This document shows positions 1 through 9,840 of a stretch of DNA of 56,695 bases, one piece after another. The translations under genes and the position numbers were made by a program. Numbering within the stretch: the stretch's first letter is position 1; every line of letters starts with the position of its first letter. The stretch spans positions 1 to 56,695 of the forward strand of contig JBGQEL010000019.1 in NCBI GenBank assembly GCA_041496385.1, in the 5' to 3' direction. The notes under the pieces were generated by a model that searched no databases, had not been told where the DNA came from, and worked only from the letters and a program-made list of their open reading frames with translations. The stretch is from Candidatus Methylomirabilia bacterium. GTDB taxonomy: Bacteria > Methylomirabilota > Methylomirabilia > Rokubacteriales > CSP1-6.

Positions 1-96
1 CGCTCGCCTCGCCGGTCGAACCGCCTCGGCTCGCACCGCCACGCGCCATCTCACCGCTCGCCTCGCCGGTCGAACCGCCTCGACTCGCACCGCCAC
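1..96. repeat. 42-bp direct repeat x2 (1-42, 55-96; 1 mismatch), possibly continuing off the window edge
   Basis: cgctcgcctcgccggtcgaaccgcctcg(g/a)ctcgcaccgccac twice, with a 12-bp spacer, right after the trpF stop. Confidence 0.9.
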
Positions 97-97
97 C

Positions 98-743
98 TCA
101 CCGCACACCTTTCGCCTCGGCGACGAAGCGCCACACCTTGTCCGGGTCCTTGCGCCCCGGGCTCGCCTCGACGCCGGAGTTGACGTCGACGGCGTACGGG
201 CGCGCGGTGGCGACGGCCCGACCGACGTTCTCCGGCGTGAGACCGGCGGAGAGAATGATGCGCCACCGATGGCCCGCGAGATCGCGCGCGACCGTCCACT
301 CGATCGGCTGCCGCGCCTCGCCCTCGCTCCAGCGCGCGGCGCTGTCGAGCAGGAGCGCGGCCGCGCACCCGCGGTAGCGCAGAAAGGTCACGGTCGGCGT
401 CCAGGGCGGGCGCCCCTCGAGCTCGCCCGACGGCGGCGCCAGCTTGATCGTCTTGATGACCGGCAGCGCGAACCCGCCGAGATCCTCCGGCTTCTCGTCG
501 CCGTGGAACTGGAGCGCGCGGAGCCCGCACGCCTCCGCGACCGCCTTCACGTGACCCGTGGGGTGGTCCCAGAAGACGCCGACGGGCGTGACGAACGGCG
601 GCAGCGCTCGGACGATGGGCGCGACCGCCTCGGGGGTCACGAAGCGCGGCGTGCCCTCGACGAAGATGAACCCGAGCGCGTCGGCGCCCGCGTCGACCGC
701 GGTCATCGCGTCCCCGAGGTTCGTGATCCCGCAGATCTTGACC

Positions 744-754
<11 letters not shown>
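98..754 (-). CDS. trpF: Phosphoribosylanthranilate isomerase
   Basis: RVKICGIT, GADALGFIF, LQFHGDE, LSAGLTPENV, DVNSGVE motifs; TTG start overlaps the trpC end. Confidence 0.95.
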
Positions 755-1529
<775 letters not shown>

Positions 1530-1551
1530 GGCTCGCGACCGAGGCGCCCGC

Positions 1552-2763
1552 TCAGAAGTCGCGGCGGAGTCCCTGCCGCCGCAGCGTCTCGAGCGGCACG
1601 CGCGTGAGCTGGTCGAGGACGAAGTCCCGTAGCGTGCGCGGCGGCGGCAGGTCGCGGACGATGCGCCCCCCGGCCACGAGCGGCTTGAGCGCGGGCTCCC
1701 AGGCGCCGCCGTCGCCGGCGGGCGGCGTGCGGCCTGCCGGAACCACGACGGCCTCGCGCGAGCCGCGGCGCCGGTAGACGTCCTTCGCGCCCGACCACTT
1801 CCCGCGCTTGGCCATGGGCCGTCCCTCGATCTCCATGATGTCGAGCGCGAAGTTCAGCACGGGCGCGTTCGCGATCGCCGTGCCGACGCCGTAGCCGTCC
1901 GTGATCGGGTTCAGCGCGAGGATCTCGTACTCGTCCACGCCGCCCGAGGCCAGGATCTTCACGTGGTTGAAGCCGCGGAGGTCGAGCTCCCAGCGGACCT
2001 CCTCGATGATCCGGTAGAAGTCGCCGCGCCGCGACGAGGGCGTGTCGAGCCGCACGGCGTAGAGGTCCTTCCCGAGCGCCTCGGCGACGCGGATCGCCTC
2101 GAACTTCTCGTCCTGCAGCGTGTCGATCAGCGCGACGCGGCGCACCTTCGGATCCACCACCTCGTGGAACGCGCGGAGGGCCTCGACGGTATCGCCCACC
2201 ATCAGGACGAGCGCGTGCGGGATCGTGCCCATCGGGTCGGCGTCGATCAGCTCGGCGGACTTGGTGACGGCGACGCCGTCGCAGCCGCCGACGAACGCGT
2301 TGCGCTCGATCATGGGCGCCAGCGCCGGGTGCATGCGGCGCGCGCCGAACGAGATCACCTGGCGCTCGCCCGCGGCCTTCTTGCAGCGCGCCGCCTTCGT
2401 CGCGATGCCGGAGGCCTGGCAGAGCAGGCCCAGCAGCGCGGTCTCGTACTGCGCCCACTCGACGTACGTGCCCTCGATCCGGAGCACCGGCTGGTAGGGC
2501 TCGAACATCACGCCCTCGTCCATCGCGAAGACGTCCACGGGCAGCCCCTCGAGCAGGTTCGCGGCCTCCTCGATGCCCGCGAGGATGCCCCACTGCCAGT
2601 CCTCGGGCAGTGACTTGAGGTAGACCTCCGCCTTCACGCGCTTCCTGTCTCTACGGTGGGACAGGATCTGGACGGTGCGGGCGAAGTAGACGTCCGAGAT
2701 GTCGCCGTTCTTGATGTCGGCGTCGGAGGCGGTGTGGAACGGACGCTTCGGGGTCTTCGCCAT
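1552..2763 (-). CDS. pncB: Nicotinate phosphoribosyltransferase (short, archaeal-like type)
   Basis: SDVYF, YETALLG, SFGARRMHP, GTIPHAL, VRLDTPSS, ASGG, GYGVGT; ATG at 2763. Confidence 0.9.
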   Translation of the reverse strand: MAKTPKRPFHTASDADIKNGDISDVYFARTVQILSHRRDRKRVKAEVYLKSLPEDWQWGILAGIEEAANLLEGLPVDVFAMDEGVMFEPYQPVLRIEGTYVEWAQYETALLGLLCQASGIATKAARCKKAAGERQVISFGARRMHPALAPMIERNAFVGGCDGVAVTKSAELIDADPMGTIPHALVLMVGDTVEALRAFHEVVDPKVRRVALIDTLQDEKFEAIRVAEALGKDLYAVRLDTPSSRRGDFYRIIEEVRWELDLRGFNHVKILASGGVDEYEILALNPITDGYGVGTAIANAPVLNFALDIMEIEGRPMAKRGKWSGAKDVYRRRGSREAVVVPAGRTPPAGDGGAWEPALKPLVAGGRIVRDLPPPRTLRDFVLDQLTRVPLETLRRQGLRRDF

Positions 2764-2800
2764 GGCGTCTGCGCTCTCGGTCACCCGAAAGCGTTGGGAA

Positions 2801-2829
2801 AGTGTGTCAGAACGCCGCGGGCAAGTCAA
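2801..2829 (-). promoter_or_regulatory. sigma70-type promoter for pncB-trpC-trpF
   Basis: TTGACT-N17-CACACT on the minus strand. Confidence 0.6.
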
Positions 2830-2851
2830 ACCGCGGGCTTGCGACCCGCGG
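2828..2851 (-). terminator. Hairpin/terminator after galU
   Basis: CCGCGGG-TCGCAAG-CCCGCGG followed by TTT, directly after the galU stop. Confidence 0.55.
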
Positions 2852-2853
2852 GG

Positions 2854-3720
2854 CTAGAGCGCGAGCGACTTCAGATAGGCCCGGAACTGATCGGCCAGGT
2901 CGGGGCGCGCGAGCGCAAACTCGACGGTGGCCTTGAGGAAGCCGAGCTTGTCGCCGGTGTCGTAGCGCCGCCCCTCGAACTCGACGGCGTACATGGGCCG
3001 CCGCGATCGCAAGGTCCGGAGCGCGTCCGTCAGCTGGATCTCGCCGCCGGCGCCGGCCGGCGTCTCGGCGAGGATCCCGAAGATCTCCGGGGGCAGCACG
3101 TAGCGCCCGATGATGGCGAGGTCCGAGGGCGCGTCGGCCACCCGCGGCTTCTCGACGAGGTCGAGGATCTCGTAGACGTTGCCCCCGAGCGGCCGCGGCT
3201 TGATCACGCCGTACCGGGGGAGCTGCTCGCGCGGCACGCGCTCGACGGCCAGCACGGGACCGCCGAGGCGCTCGAAGACGTCCAGGAGCTGGCGCATGCA
3301 GGGCACGGGCGCCGCGCCGATGATGTCGTCGCCCAGGAACACGCCGAAGGGCTCCTCGCCCACGAGCGAGCGGGCGCAGAGGATCGCGTGGCCGAGCCCC
3401 AGCGGCTCCTTCTGCCGGACGTACGAGACCGAGGCCATCTCGGAGATCGTCTTGATCTGGGCCAGCTCCTCGACCTTGCCGCGGTCGTTCAGGTAGTACT
3501 CGAGCTCGAAGGCGGCGTCGAAGTGGTCCTCGATCGCCCGCTTGCCGCGGCCCGTGACGATGATGATCTCGCTCAGGCCCGACGCCACCGCTTCCTCGAC
3601 GACGTACTGGATCATCGGCTTGTCGACGAGCGGGAGCATCTCCTTGGGCTGCGCCTTCGTCGCCGGCAGGAAGCGGGTGCCGAGCCCGGCGGCCGGGAAC
3701 ACGCCTTTGCGCACACGCAT
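2854..3720 (-). CDS. galU: UTP--glucose-1-phosphate uridylyltransferase
   Basis: KGVFPAAGLGTRFLPATKAQPKEMLP, EPLGLGHA, VEKP, GEIQLTDA. Confidence 0.97.
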   Translation of the reverse strand: MRVRKGVFPAAGLGTRFLPATKAQPKEMLPLVDKPMIQYVVEEAVASGLSEIIIVTGRGKRAIEDHFDAAFELEYYLNDRGKVEELAQIKTISEMASVSYVRQKEPLGLGHAILCARSLVGEEPFGVFLGDDIIGAAPVPCMRQLLDVFERLGGPVLAVERVPREQLPRYGVIKPRPLGGNVYEILDLVEKPRVADAPSDLAIIGRYVLPPEIFGILAETPAGAGGEIQLTDALRTLRSRRPMYAVEFEGRRYDTGDKLGFLKATVEFALARPDLADQFRAYLKSLAL

Positions 3721-3738
3721 GCCGCCGATCATACCCGC

Positions 3739-4860
3739 TCAGGCGCGCGGGCGCACGCGCCCGACGCCCTCGAGGATGGCGACGATCGCCAGGACGCAGC
3801 CCGCCTGGATGAGCACGAGCGCCACCTCGTGCGGGAGCGCGTCCTTCAGGAGGATCGCCGAGAGCCCGAGCGTGGAGGCGATGAAGAAGATCAGGAGCAC
3901 ACTCTGCACCTTCGTGAGGCCGAGCGCCTGGAACCGGTGGTGGATGTGGTCCCTGCCCGTGTAGGCGAGCCATTCCTCGAGCGTGTGCACCTTGCGGGTG
4001 ACCACGCGCACGACGCCGACGAAGGCGATGTCGAAGAGCGGCACGCCGAGGATCAGCGTGGGCGTGAGCAGCGACACGAGGGGGTCGCGCTCGGCCCACA
4101 CCCCCATGACCGCGAGGCCGGCGAGCGTGAAGCCGATGAAGGACGCGCCGCTGTCGCCGAGGAAGATCGTCGCGCCGCCCGGTCGGAAGTTGTACGGGAG
4201 GAACCCGAGGCACGCGCCCACGAGGGCGGCCGAGAGGAACATGAGGTAGCGCTGGCCGGTCTGCAGCGACACGATGCTGAAGAAGAGGCCGGCGATGGCG
4301 CCGAGACCCGCGGCGAGCCCGTCCATGCCGTCGAGAAACTGGATCGAGTTCGTCACCGTGAGGAACCAGAGCACGGTGAGCGCCAGGTTGAGCACGACGA
4401 AGCCCGGGAGCCAGTTCGGAACCACGTTGAGGGTCACGCCGTAGGCGATCGCCGCCGCCGCGGCGCCCACCTGGCCGAGGAGCTTGAAGCGCGCGGGCAC
4501 GTCGAACACGTCGTCGAGGATGCCGACCGCGACGACGATCGCCCCGCCGACCGCGACGCCCTTCAGGGCGCGCGAGAACTCGAAGTTGGCGAGCACCGTC
4601 AGCGCGAGCGCCCCCCAGACGGCCACGCCCCCGAGGAGCGGCGTGGCGATGCGGTGGACCTTGCGCTCCGCGGGCTGGTCGAGGACGCCGCGCCAGAGGG
4701 CGAAGCCCCGGACCAGCGGCGTGGCGAAGAACGCGAGGCCCCACGCCAGCGCCGCGAGGTAGAGCCAGTCCAGGCGCGCGGCGTGGAACCAGCCTGACAC
4801 CGGCGCGAGCAGGAGCAGCGCCGGGAGCAGGAGGCGCGGGAGGGTCCAGTGGTCGATCAC
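3739..4860 (-). CDS. wecA: MraY/WecA-family undecaprenyl-phosphate sugar-1-P transferase (initiating GT)
   Basis: PLLGG, GILDD, NSIQFLDGMDGL, FLPYNF..IFLGDSG, DHIHHR; multi-TM; GTGA overlap. Confidence 0.85.
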   Translation of the reverse strand: MIDHWTLPRLLLPALLLLAPVSGWFHAARLDWLYLAALAWGLAFFATPLVRGFALWRGVLDQPAERKVHRIATPLLGGVAVWGALALTVLANFEFSRALKGVAVGGAIVVAVGILDDVFDVPARFKLLGQVGAAAAAIAYGVTLNVVPNWLPGFVVLNLALTVLWFLTVTNSIQFLDGMDGLAAGLGAIAGLFFSIVSLQTGQRYLMFLSAALVGACLGFLPYNFRPGGATIFLGDSGASFIGFTLAGLAVMGVWAERDPLVSLLTPTLILGVPLFDIAFVGVVRVVTRKVHTLEEWLAYTGRDHIHHRFQALGLTKVQSVLLIFFIASTLGLSAILLKDALPHEVALVLIQAGCVLAIVAILEGVGRVRPRA

Positions 4861-5897
4861 GCCGCGAGCGCGTCCGCGAGAGCCGCCGCGACCGCGTCCA
4901 CCTCGGCGTCGCTCAGGAGCGGGTAGCACGGCAGTGAGAGACAGGTCTGCCAGAGCCGCTCGGCCTCCGGGTACCCGGCGAGCCCGAGCGCCCGGTGGAT
5001 CGGCCGGAAGACCGGGCGCCGCGCGGTCACGCCGCCGCGCGCGAGACGCTCGATGACCCGCTCCAGCGGCGCCGCCACCCGCACGACGAACCGGTGGTAG
5101 ACGTGCCGCGCGCCCGCCTCGGCCGGCACGCGGCAGCCCGCGACGCCCGCCAGGAGACCGCGGTACCGCGCGGCGACGGCGCGCCGCCGCGCGACGAACG
5201 CGTCGAGCCGTCCGAGCTGGCTCCGTCCGAGCGCGGCCTGCATATCGGTCAGCTTGTAGTTGAAGCGCGGGGCGAGGTCCTGGCGCTCGTCGTAGTCGCG
5301 CGCGTCGCGCGCGCGGGCGACGGCGGCCGCCGGACCGGCGACGGCGCCCCCCTCGCCCGTCGTGAGGAGCTTGGTCGCGTAGAAGGAGCAGACCGCCAGC
5401 GCGCCACGGGAGCCCGCCGGCCGGCCGTCGACGACGGCGCCGATCGCCTGGGCGCAGTCCTCGACGACCGGCACGCCGAGGGCGAGAAACTCGTCGAGGC
5501 CGACCGCGAGCCCGAAGGGGTGGACGACCACGACGGCGCGCGTGCGGGCGCTCCGCCGCCGCGCGGCGTCCGCGGCCGAGACGCCGAGCGTCTCGGGATC
5601 GGCGTCGGCCAGCACGGGCGTCGCGCCGCAGCGGGTCACGGCGTGATGGAGCGCGTCGCAGGCGTAGGTGGGCACGACCACCTCGGCGCCCGGGCCCACG
5701 CCGACGGCGCGGAGCGCCAGCTCCAGGGCGGCGCTGCCCGAGCTGACCGCCGCGGCGGCGGGCACGCCGAGCCGGCGCGCGAGCTCGCCCTCGAAGCCGG
5801 CGACCTCCTCGCCCTGCGCGAGCCGCCCCGAGCGGACGACGCGCGCCACGCGCTCGGCGTCCTCCTCGTTGAGGGTGGGCCGCGCGTGCGCGATCAA
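4857..5897 (-). CDS. DegT/DnrJ/EryC1/StrS PLP sugar aminotransferase
   Basis: SSGSAAL, VEDCAQAIG, SFYATKLLTTGEGG, FNYKLTD, LSLPCYP; TTGA overlap start. Confidence 0.92.
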   Translation of the reverse strand: MIAHARPTLNEEDAERVARVVRSGRLAQGEEVAGFEGELARRLGVPAAAAVSSGSAALELALRAVGVGPGAEVVVPTYACDALHHAVTRCGATPVLADADPETLGVSAADAARRRSARTRAVVVVHPFGLAVGLDEFLALGVPVVEDCAQAIGAVVDGRPAGSRGALAVCSFYATKLLTTGEGGAVAGPAAAVARARDARDYDERQDLAPRFNYKLTDMQAALGRSQLGRLDAFVARRRAVAARYRGLLAGVAGCRVPAEAGARHVYHRFVVRVAAPLERVIERLARGGVTARRPVFRPIHRALGLAGYPEAERLWQTCLSLPCYPLLSDAEVDAVAAALADALAA

Positions 5898-6565
5898 AGA
5901 TTCAGCAGCAGCCGGATCGACTGGAACGCTTCGGCGAACTTCACGCGCGCCTGGATGCCGCGGAAGTTGGCGCTCGATTTCACCAGCTCGAGGATCGTGA
6001 GGTCCTCGATGTTGGTCTTGGTGACCTGCGACCGGTGGGCCTTGAGGCTCGCGAGCTTGACGTCGAGGACGTCGGCGATGTCGGTGAAGCAGTTGGGCGT
6101 GAAGTTCACGGTCGAGGGCACCTCGTAGAGCAGGAAGTTCGGCACGTAGCGCGTCGCGGAGAGCGTGCACTGGGCGAGGTGGCGATGGTCCTGGTGCGTG
6201 TCGTCGGGGGAGTTGACGAAGATCATCCGGGGCTTGACCTCGTGGATGACCTCCTCGAGCCGGACGATCAGCTTCCGCGAGAGCGGGACCTCCGTGTCGC
6301 GGTAGCGGCCCCAGAACACCTTGCGGACCCCGAGGATCTGCTTCGACTCGGCCTGCTCGCGGCGCCGCACCGAGGCGCGGCCGCCCCGCGAGCCGTCGGA
6401 GGCGACGAACATGTGCACGGCGTGGCCCCGACGCGCGTACTTGGCGAGCATGCCGCCGCAGCCGTACTCGATGTCGTCGGGGTGGGCGCCGATCGCGAGG
6501 ACGTTCAGCTCAGGGCGAAAGGCGCGTCCACGCGCTTCCCCGGCAGAGGATGGCAAGGGCCTCAT
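5894..6565 (-). CDS. PIG-L family deacetylase (start uncertain: ATG 6565 or CTG 6508)
   Basis: NVLAIGAHPDD, HQDH, AHRSQ, AEAF motifs. Confidence 0.88.
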   Translation of the reverse strand: MRPLPSSAGEARGRAFRPELNVLAIGAHPDDIEYGCGGMLAKYARRGHAVHMFVASDGSRGGRASVRRREQAESKQILGVRKVFWGRYRDTEVPLSRKLIVRLEEVIHEVKPRMIFVNSPDDTHQDHRHLAQCTLSATRYVPNFLLYEVPSTVNFTPNCFTDIADVLDVKLASLKAHRSQVTKTNIEDLTILELVKSSANFRGIQARVKFAEAFQSIRLLLNL

Positions 6566-7226
6566 CACCGTGGGTCAATAATAAGTCAAGCGCCGAGAGA
6601 GACGGGACGAATTCCCCGTGGAGCTGGGCGTAGACCGGCGGCGTGTACTCCTGGACCTCCACGGCGATGCCGGCCGCCCGGAACTGCGCGAGGTCCATGT
6701 AGCGGGCGCCGTCGCGGCCGGCGAGATAGGTATCGGCCCCGACCGCCCGGCAGAGGGCGACCAGCCGGGTCGTCGCGTCGGCGCTCGCCCCCCCCGGGCC
6801 GAGGTCGAGCTCGGAGGCCAGCGTGACCGGCCCCCCCACGCCGAGCGCCCCCGCGAGCCAGGCCGCGCTCGCGGCGGCGAGCGGCGCCAGCCGGTCCCAC
6901 TCGCGCGCGTACAGGTCGCGGAGCCCGGCGTGGTGGCGCTCGAGGTGCGGCGCCCGCGCGTACGCCAGCTCGATCGCGCGCAGGTGGCGCGCGCGCCAGG
7001 GCTGCGCGGCGTCCACGCCGACGTCGCGGATCGTGGTCCCCAGGCGCGCGTGGACCGGGACGGTTAGCCAGCGCGGGCCGTCGCTCGTCTTGATCCGGTT
7101 CCGGTTCTGCCAGCCGTTCTTCTCGTACTGCACCGTGTCGAGCATGATGAAGCGCTCGGCCGCGGCCCACTTGGCGACGTAGCCCGGCCACGGCAGGTAG
7201 TGCGGCTGGTGGATCGCGATCCTCAC
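6510..7226 (-). CDS. wbqC: WbqC-family protein
   Basis: IAIHQPHYLPWPGY, WQNRNRIK, WLTVPV, YAQLHGEFVPSLSALDLL; GTGA overlap. Confidence 0.9.
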   Translation of the reverse strand: MRIAIHQPHYLPWPGYVAKWAAAERFIMLDTVQYEKNGWQNRNRIKTSDGPRWLTVPVHARLGTTIRDVGVDAAQPWRARHLRAIELAYARAPHLERHHAGLRDLYAREWDRLAPLAAASAAWLAGALGVGGPVTLASELDLGPGGASADATTRLVALCRAVGADTYLAGRDGARYMDLAQFRAAGIAVEVQEYTPPVYAQLHGEFVPSLSALDLLLTHGDEALAILCRGSAWTRLSP

Positions 7227-8683
7227 GGCGTCTTGACGAAGATCGGGTTGGAGAGCAGGCGGCCCGGCCCGCGCACGTCGAGGCGATAGAAGGCGGGGGC
7301 CCCGTCGGAGACCTCGCGGTGGACCTGGCGGACGGGCGTCGCCCCGGTCCACGCGGCGGTGACCGCCTCGTTGCGAACCAGCGTCACGCGCACGTCGCGC
7401 GCGGACCCGTCGAGCGTGGCGACGCCCACCGCGATCTCGAGCGGCGTCCCCGCCGGCGCCGCCAGCGTCTCGCCCGAGATTGCGGCCCCCCCCGCGGCGC
7501 GCACCGAAAACTCGGTCAGCGCGAGTCCCGCCTCGGCGGTCCGCTGGAGCGCGTACATCCGCCCGTGCCGGAGCGCCTCGAGCACGCCGCGCTCGGACCG
7601 CTCGGCGACGAGGAAGACCGTCTGGATCGGGCCCACGGTCTTGCCCGCGCTGAACCCGTGAAAGCCCGACTCGCCCACGGCCCACGCCGGCCGACTCCGT
7701 CCTCCGCTCGCGTAATGCGCGAGGAGCCGGTCCCAGCCGCCACCCGGCAGCTCGAAGCGCGTCGTGTCCTCGTAGACGGCACCGAAGGCCGTGTAGCGCG
7801 CGGTGCGCACGAGATCGTCGGTGTATGGATCCGTACGCCAGGCGACGCGCACGGGACCGAACCACTGCTCGCCGCTGTCGCGCGCCTCCGGGAACGACCA
7901 CACGGTCGCCCCGCCCAGCCGCTCGACCGTATCGATGAGCGCCTGGTGCGGCTCGAGCCCGAGATCGCGGTAGGGCGGATACGGGGCAGACACGAAGGGC
8001 CACGCGCGCACGAGGGCCACCAGCCCGGCGGCGAGGAGCGCGCCGCCCGCGAGCCAGCGCCGGCGGTGGACGACGACCACCGCCCGGCCGACGCGGGCGA
8101 GCGCCCGGCGCTTACGCGCGAGGAGGATCGCGCCGGGCACGACGAGGAGACCCGGCACGAGGTCCAGCGCCGCCGTCGTGTCGAAGGCGCCGGCGGCCGT
8201 GTTGCCCGCGACCGGCAGCGCGCGGAGCGCGGCGGCGTCGGTCAGGCCGAAGACGAGGAGGTTCTTCTGCGTGTCGTGCAGCGTCATGTCGAGCTGCCAG
8301 GGCGAGCCCGTCCAGTGGTAGTGCGGGAGCACCTCCACGCCGGGGAGGACGAGGACGCGCGGGTTCTGTCGTTGCGCTTCCGCGACTCGTTCGAGGAAGC
8401 GGGCGACCCCGAGGTCGAGCACCGAGCGCTCCTCGTAGACGGCCCGCGTGAGCGCCCGGAAGGGCGGGAGCCCGTACTCCACGCGCAGGAGATAGTTCTC
8501 GCTGAGCAGCAGCGCGCCGATGCCGCCCTTCTCGGCCAGCGCCTGAAGGCGCTCGATCGGGTAGTCGCCCGTCGTGATGTCGGAGTGGATGTGGAGCACG
8601 GCGGGAAGGCGCTCGTAGTCCGCCGCGGCCGGCGCCGCCAGGAGCGCCAGGAGCAGCAGGGCGCCAGCGGGTGCGCGCCTCAG
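7223..8683 (-). CDS. Exported PHP-like metallohydrolase with internal TM hairpin and C-terminal Ig-like domain
   Basis: Signal peptide ending AAA-DY, LHIHS..GD, PGVE, AVGESGFH, VLEALRHGRMY, SNPIFV end; the only plausible start is a CTG overlapping the upstream TGA. Confidence 0.65.
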   Translation of the reverse strand: MRRAPAGALLLLALLAAPAAADYERLPAVLHIHSDITTGDYPIERLQALAEKGGIGALLLSENYLLRVEYGLPPFRALTRAVYEERSVLDLGVARFLERVAEAQRQNPRVLVLPGVEVLPHYHWTGSPWQLDMTLHDTQKNLLVFGLTDAAALRALPVAGNTAAGAFDTTAALDLVPGLLVVPGAILLARKRRALARVGRAVVVVHRRRWLAGGALLAAGLVALVRAWPFVSAPYPPYRDLGLEPHQALIDTVERLGGATVWSFPEARDSGEQWFGPVRVAWRTDPYTDDLVRTARYTAFGAVYEDTTRFELPGGGWDRLLAHYASGGRSRPAWAVGESGFHGFSAGKTVGPIQTVFLVAERSERGVLEALRHGRMYALQRTAEAGLALTEFSVRAAGGAAISGETLAAPAGTPLEIAVGVATLDGSARDVRVTLVRNEAVTAAWTGATPVRQVHREVSDGAPAFYRLDVRGPGRLLSNPIFVKTP

Positions 8684-9840
8684 CGGAGCCCCCGCTCGGC
8701 GACCAGCGCGGCGTACACCTCGCACATCTTCCGATCGGCCACCGCGGTCGAGAACGCCCCGGCGCGGGCGGCGGCCGCGGCGCCGAGCCTGCGCCGCAAC
8801 CCGGTGTCGCGGCCGAGCTCGACGAGTGCCTGCGCCAGGGCGAGAGCGTCGTCGGGCGGGACCAGCCGGCCGCACACGCCATCCTCGATCACCTCGGGAA
8901 TCCCGCCGACCGCCGCGGCGACGACCGGCAGGCCGAGCGCCATCGCCTCGACGAGCGCGCGCCCCATCCCCTCGTTGCGCGAGGGCGCGGCGACGACGTC
9001 GGCGGCGGCGAGCCACGGCGCCGGATCGGCGACCGCACCGGTCAGCGTGAGCCGCAGAGCGACGCCCAGCGCCGCGGCGCGCGACTCGAGGGCGTGACGC
9101 TCGGGGCCGTCGCCGACGAGCAGGAGGCGCGCGGCGGGCACGGCGGCGGCGAGCGCGGGCAGCGCCTCGACGAGGAGGTCGAAGCCCTTGATCGGCACGA
9201 AGCGGCCGAGCCCCGCCACGACGAACGCCGCGGGATCCAGGCCCAGGCGCGCGCGCGCGTCCCCGCGCGACGGCGCCACGGCGCGCAGGCGCTCGACCGG
9301 CACCCCGCTCGGCACGCTGACGTACTGTGCGCGGCGCCCGATGCCGCGCGCGAGGTGCTCCTCGGTGCCGCGGTCCGTGAGCGTGATGATCCGGTCGCTC
9401 CAGTGGGCGGCGCGACGCTCGAGCGCCGCGAAGAACGCCGTCCGCCGCGGACCATAGTAGCCGTAGAAGATGTGGCCGTGCGGCTGGTGGATCACGATGG
9501 GCACGCGCGCGAGGCGTGCCGCGAGCCGGCCGACGAAGCCCGCCTTCGATGTGTGCGTGTGGAGGATGCGGGGACGCTCGGCGGCGATGATGCGCAGGAG
9601 CTGGCGGAGCGCGACCATGTCGCGCAGCGGCGCCACCTCACGGCCGAGCGCCGGGACGTCGATGAGACGGCAGCCGCGGCGCCGCGCGTCGTCGAGGACC
9701 GGCGCCTCGGACTCGCGGAACGAGACCGCGAGCGTCCCGTCGAAGCCCGCGCGGCCGAGCGCCACGATCGAGGCGAGCGTGTTCTCCGACGAGCCGCCCA
9801 GGGTCAGGCGCGTGATCACGTGCAGCGCGCGGACGCTCAC
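8680..9840 (-). CDS. Glycosyltransferase family 4
   Basis: HTHTSKAG, GRFVPIKG, PSRNEGMGRALVEAMALG. Confidence 0.93.
   Translation of the reverse strand: MSVRALHVITRLTLGGSSENTLASIVALGRAGFDGTLAVSFRESEAPVLDDARRRGCRLIDVPALGREVAPLRDMVALRQLLRIIAAERPRILHTHTSKAGFVGRLAARLARVPIVIHQPHGHIFYGYYGPRRTAFFAALERRAAHWSDRIITLTDRGTEEHLARGIGRRAQYVSVPSGVPVERLRAVAPSRGDARARLGLDPAAFVVAGLGRFVPIKGFDLLVEALPALAAAVPAARLLLVGDGPERHALESRAAALGVALRLTLTGAVADPAPWLAAADVVAAPSRNEGMGRALVEAMALGLPVVAAAVGGIPEVIEDGVCGRLVPPDDALALAQALVELGRDTGLRRRLGAAAAARAGAFSTAVADRKMCEVYAALVAERGLR

Noticed and set aside
1..96. CRISPR array
   Set aside because: Only two 42-bp copies, a 12-bp spacer and no cas genes
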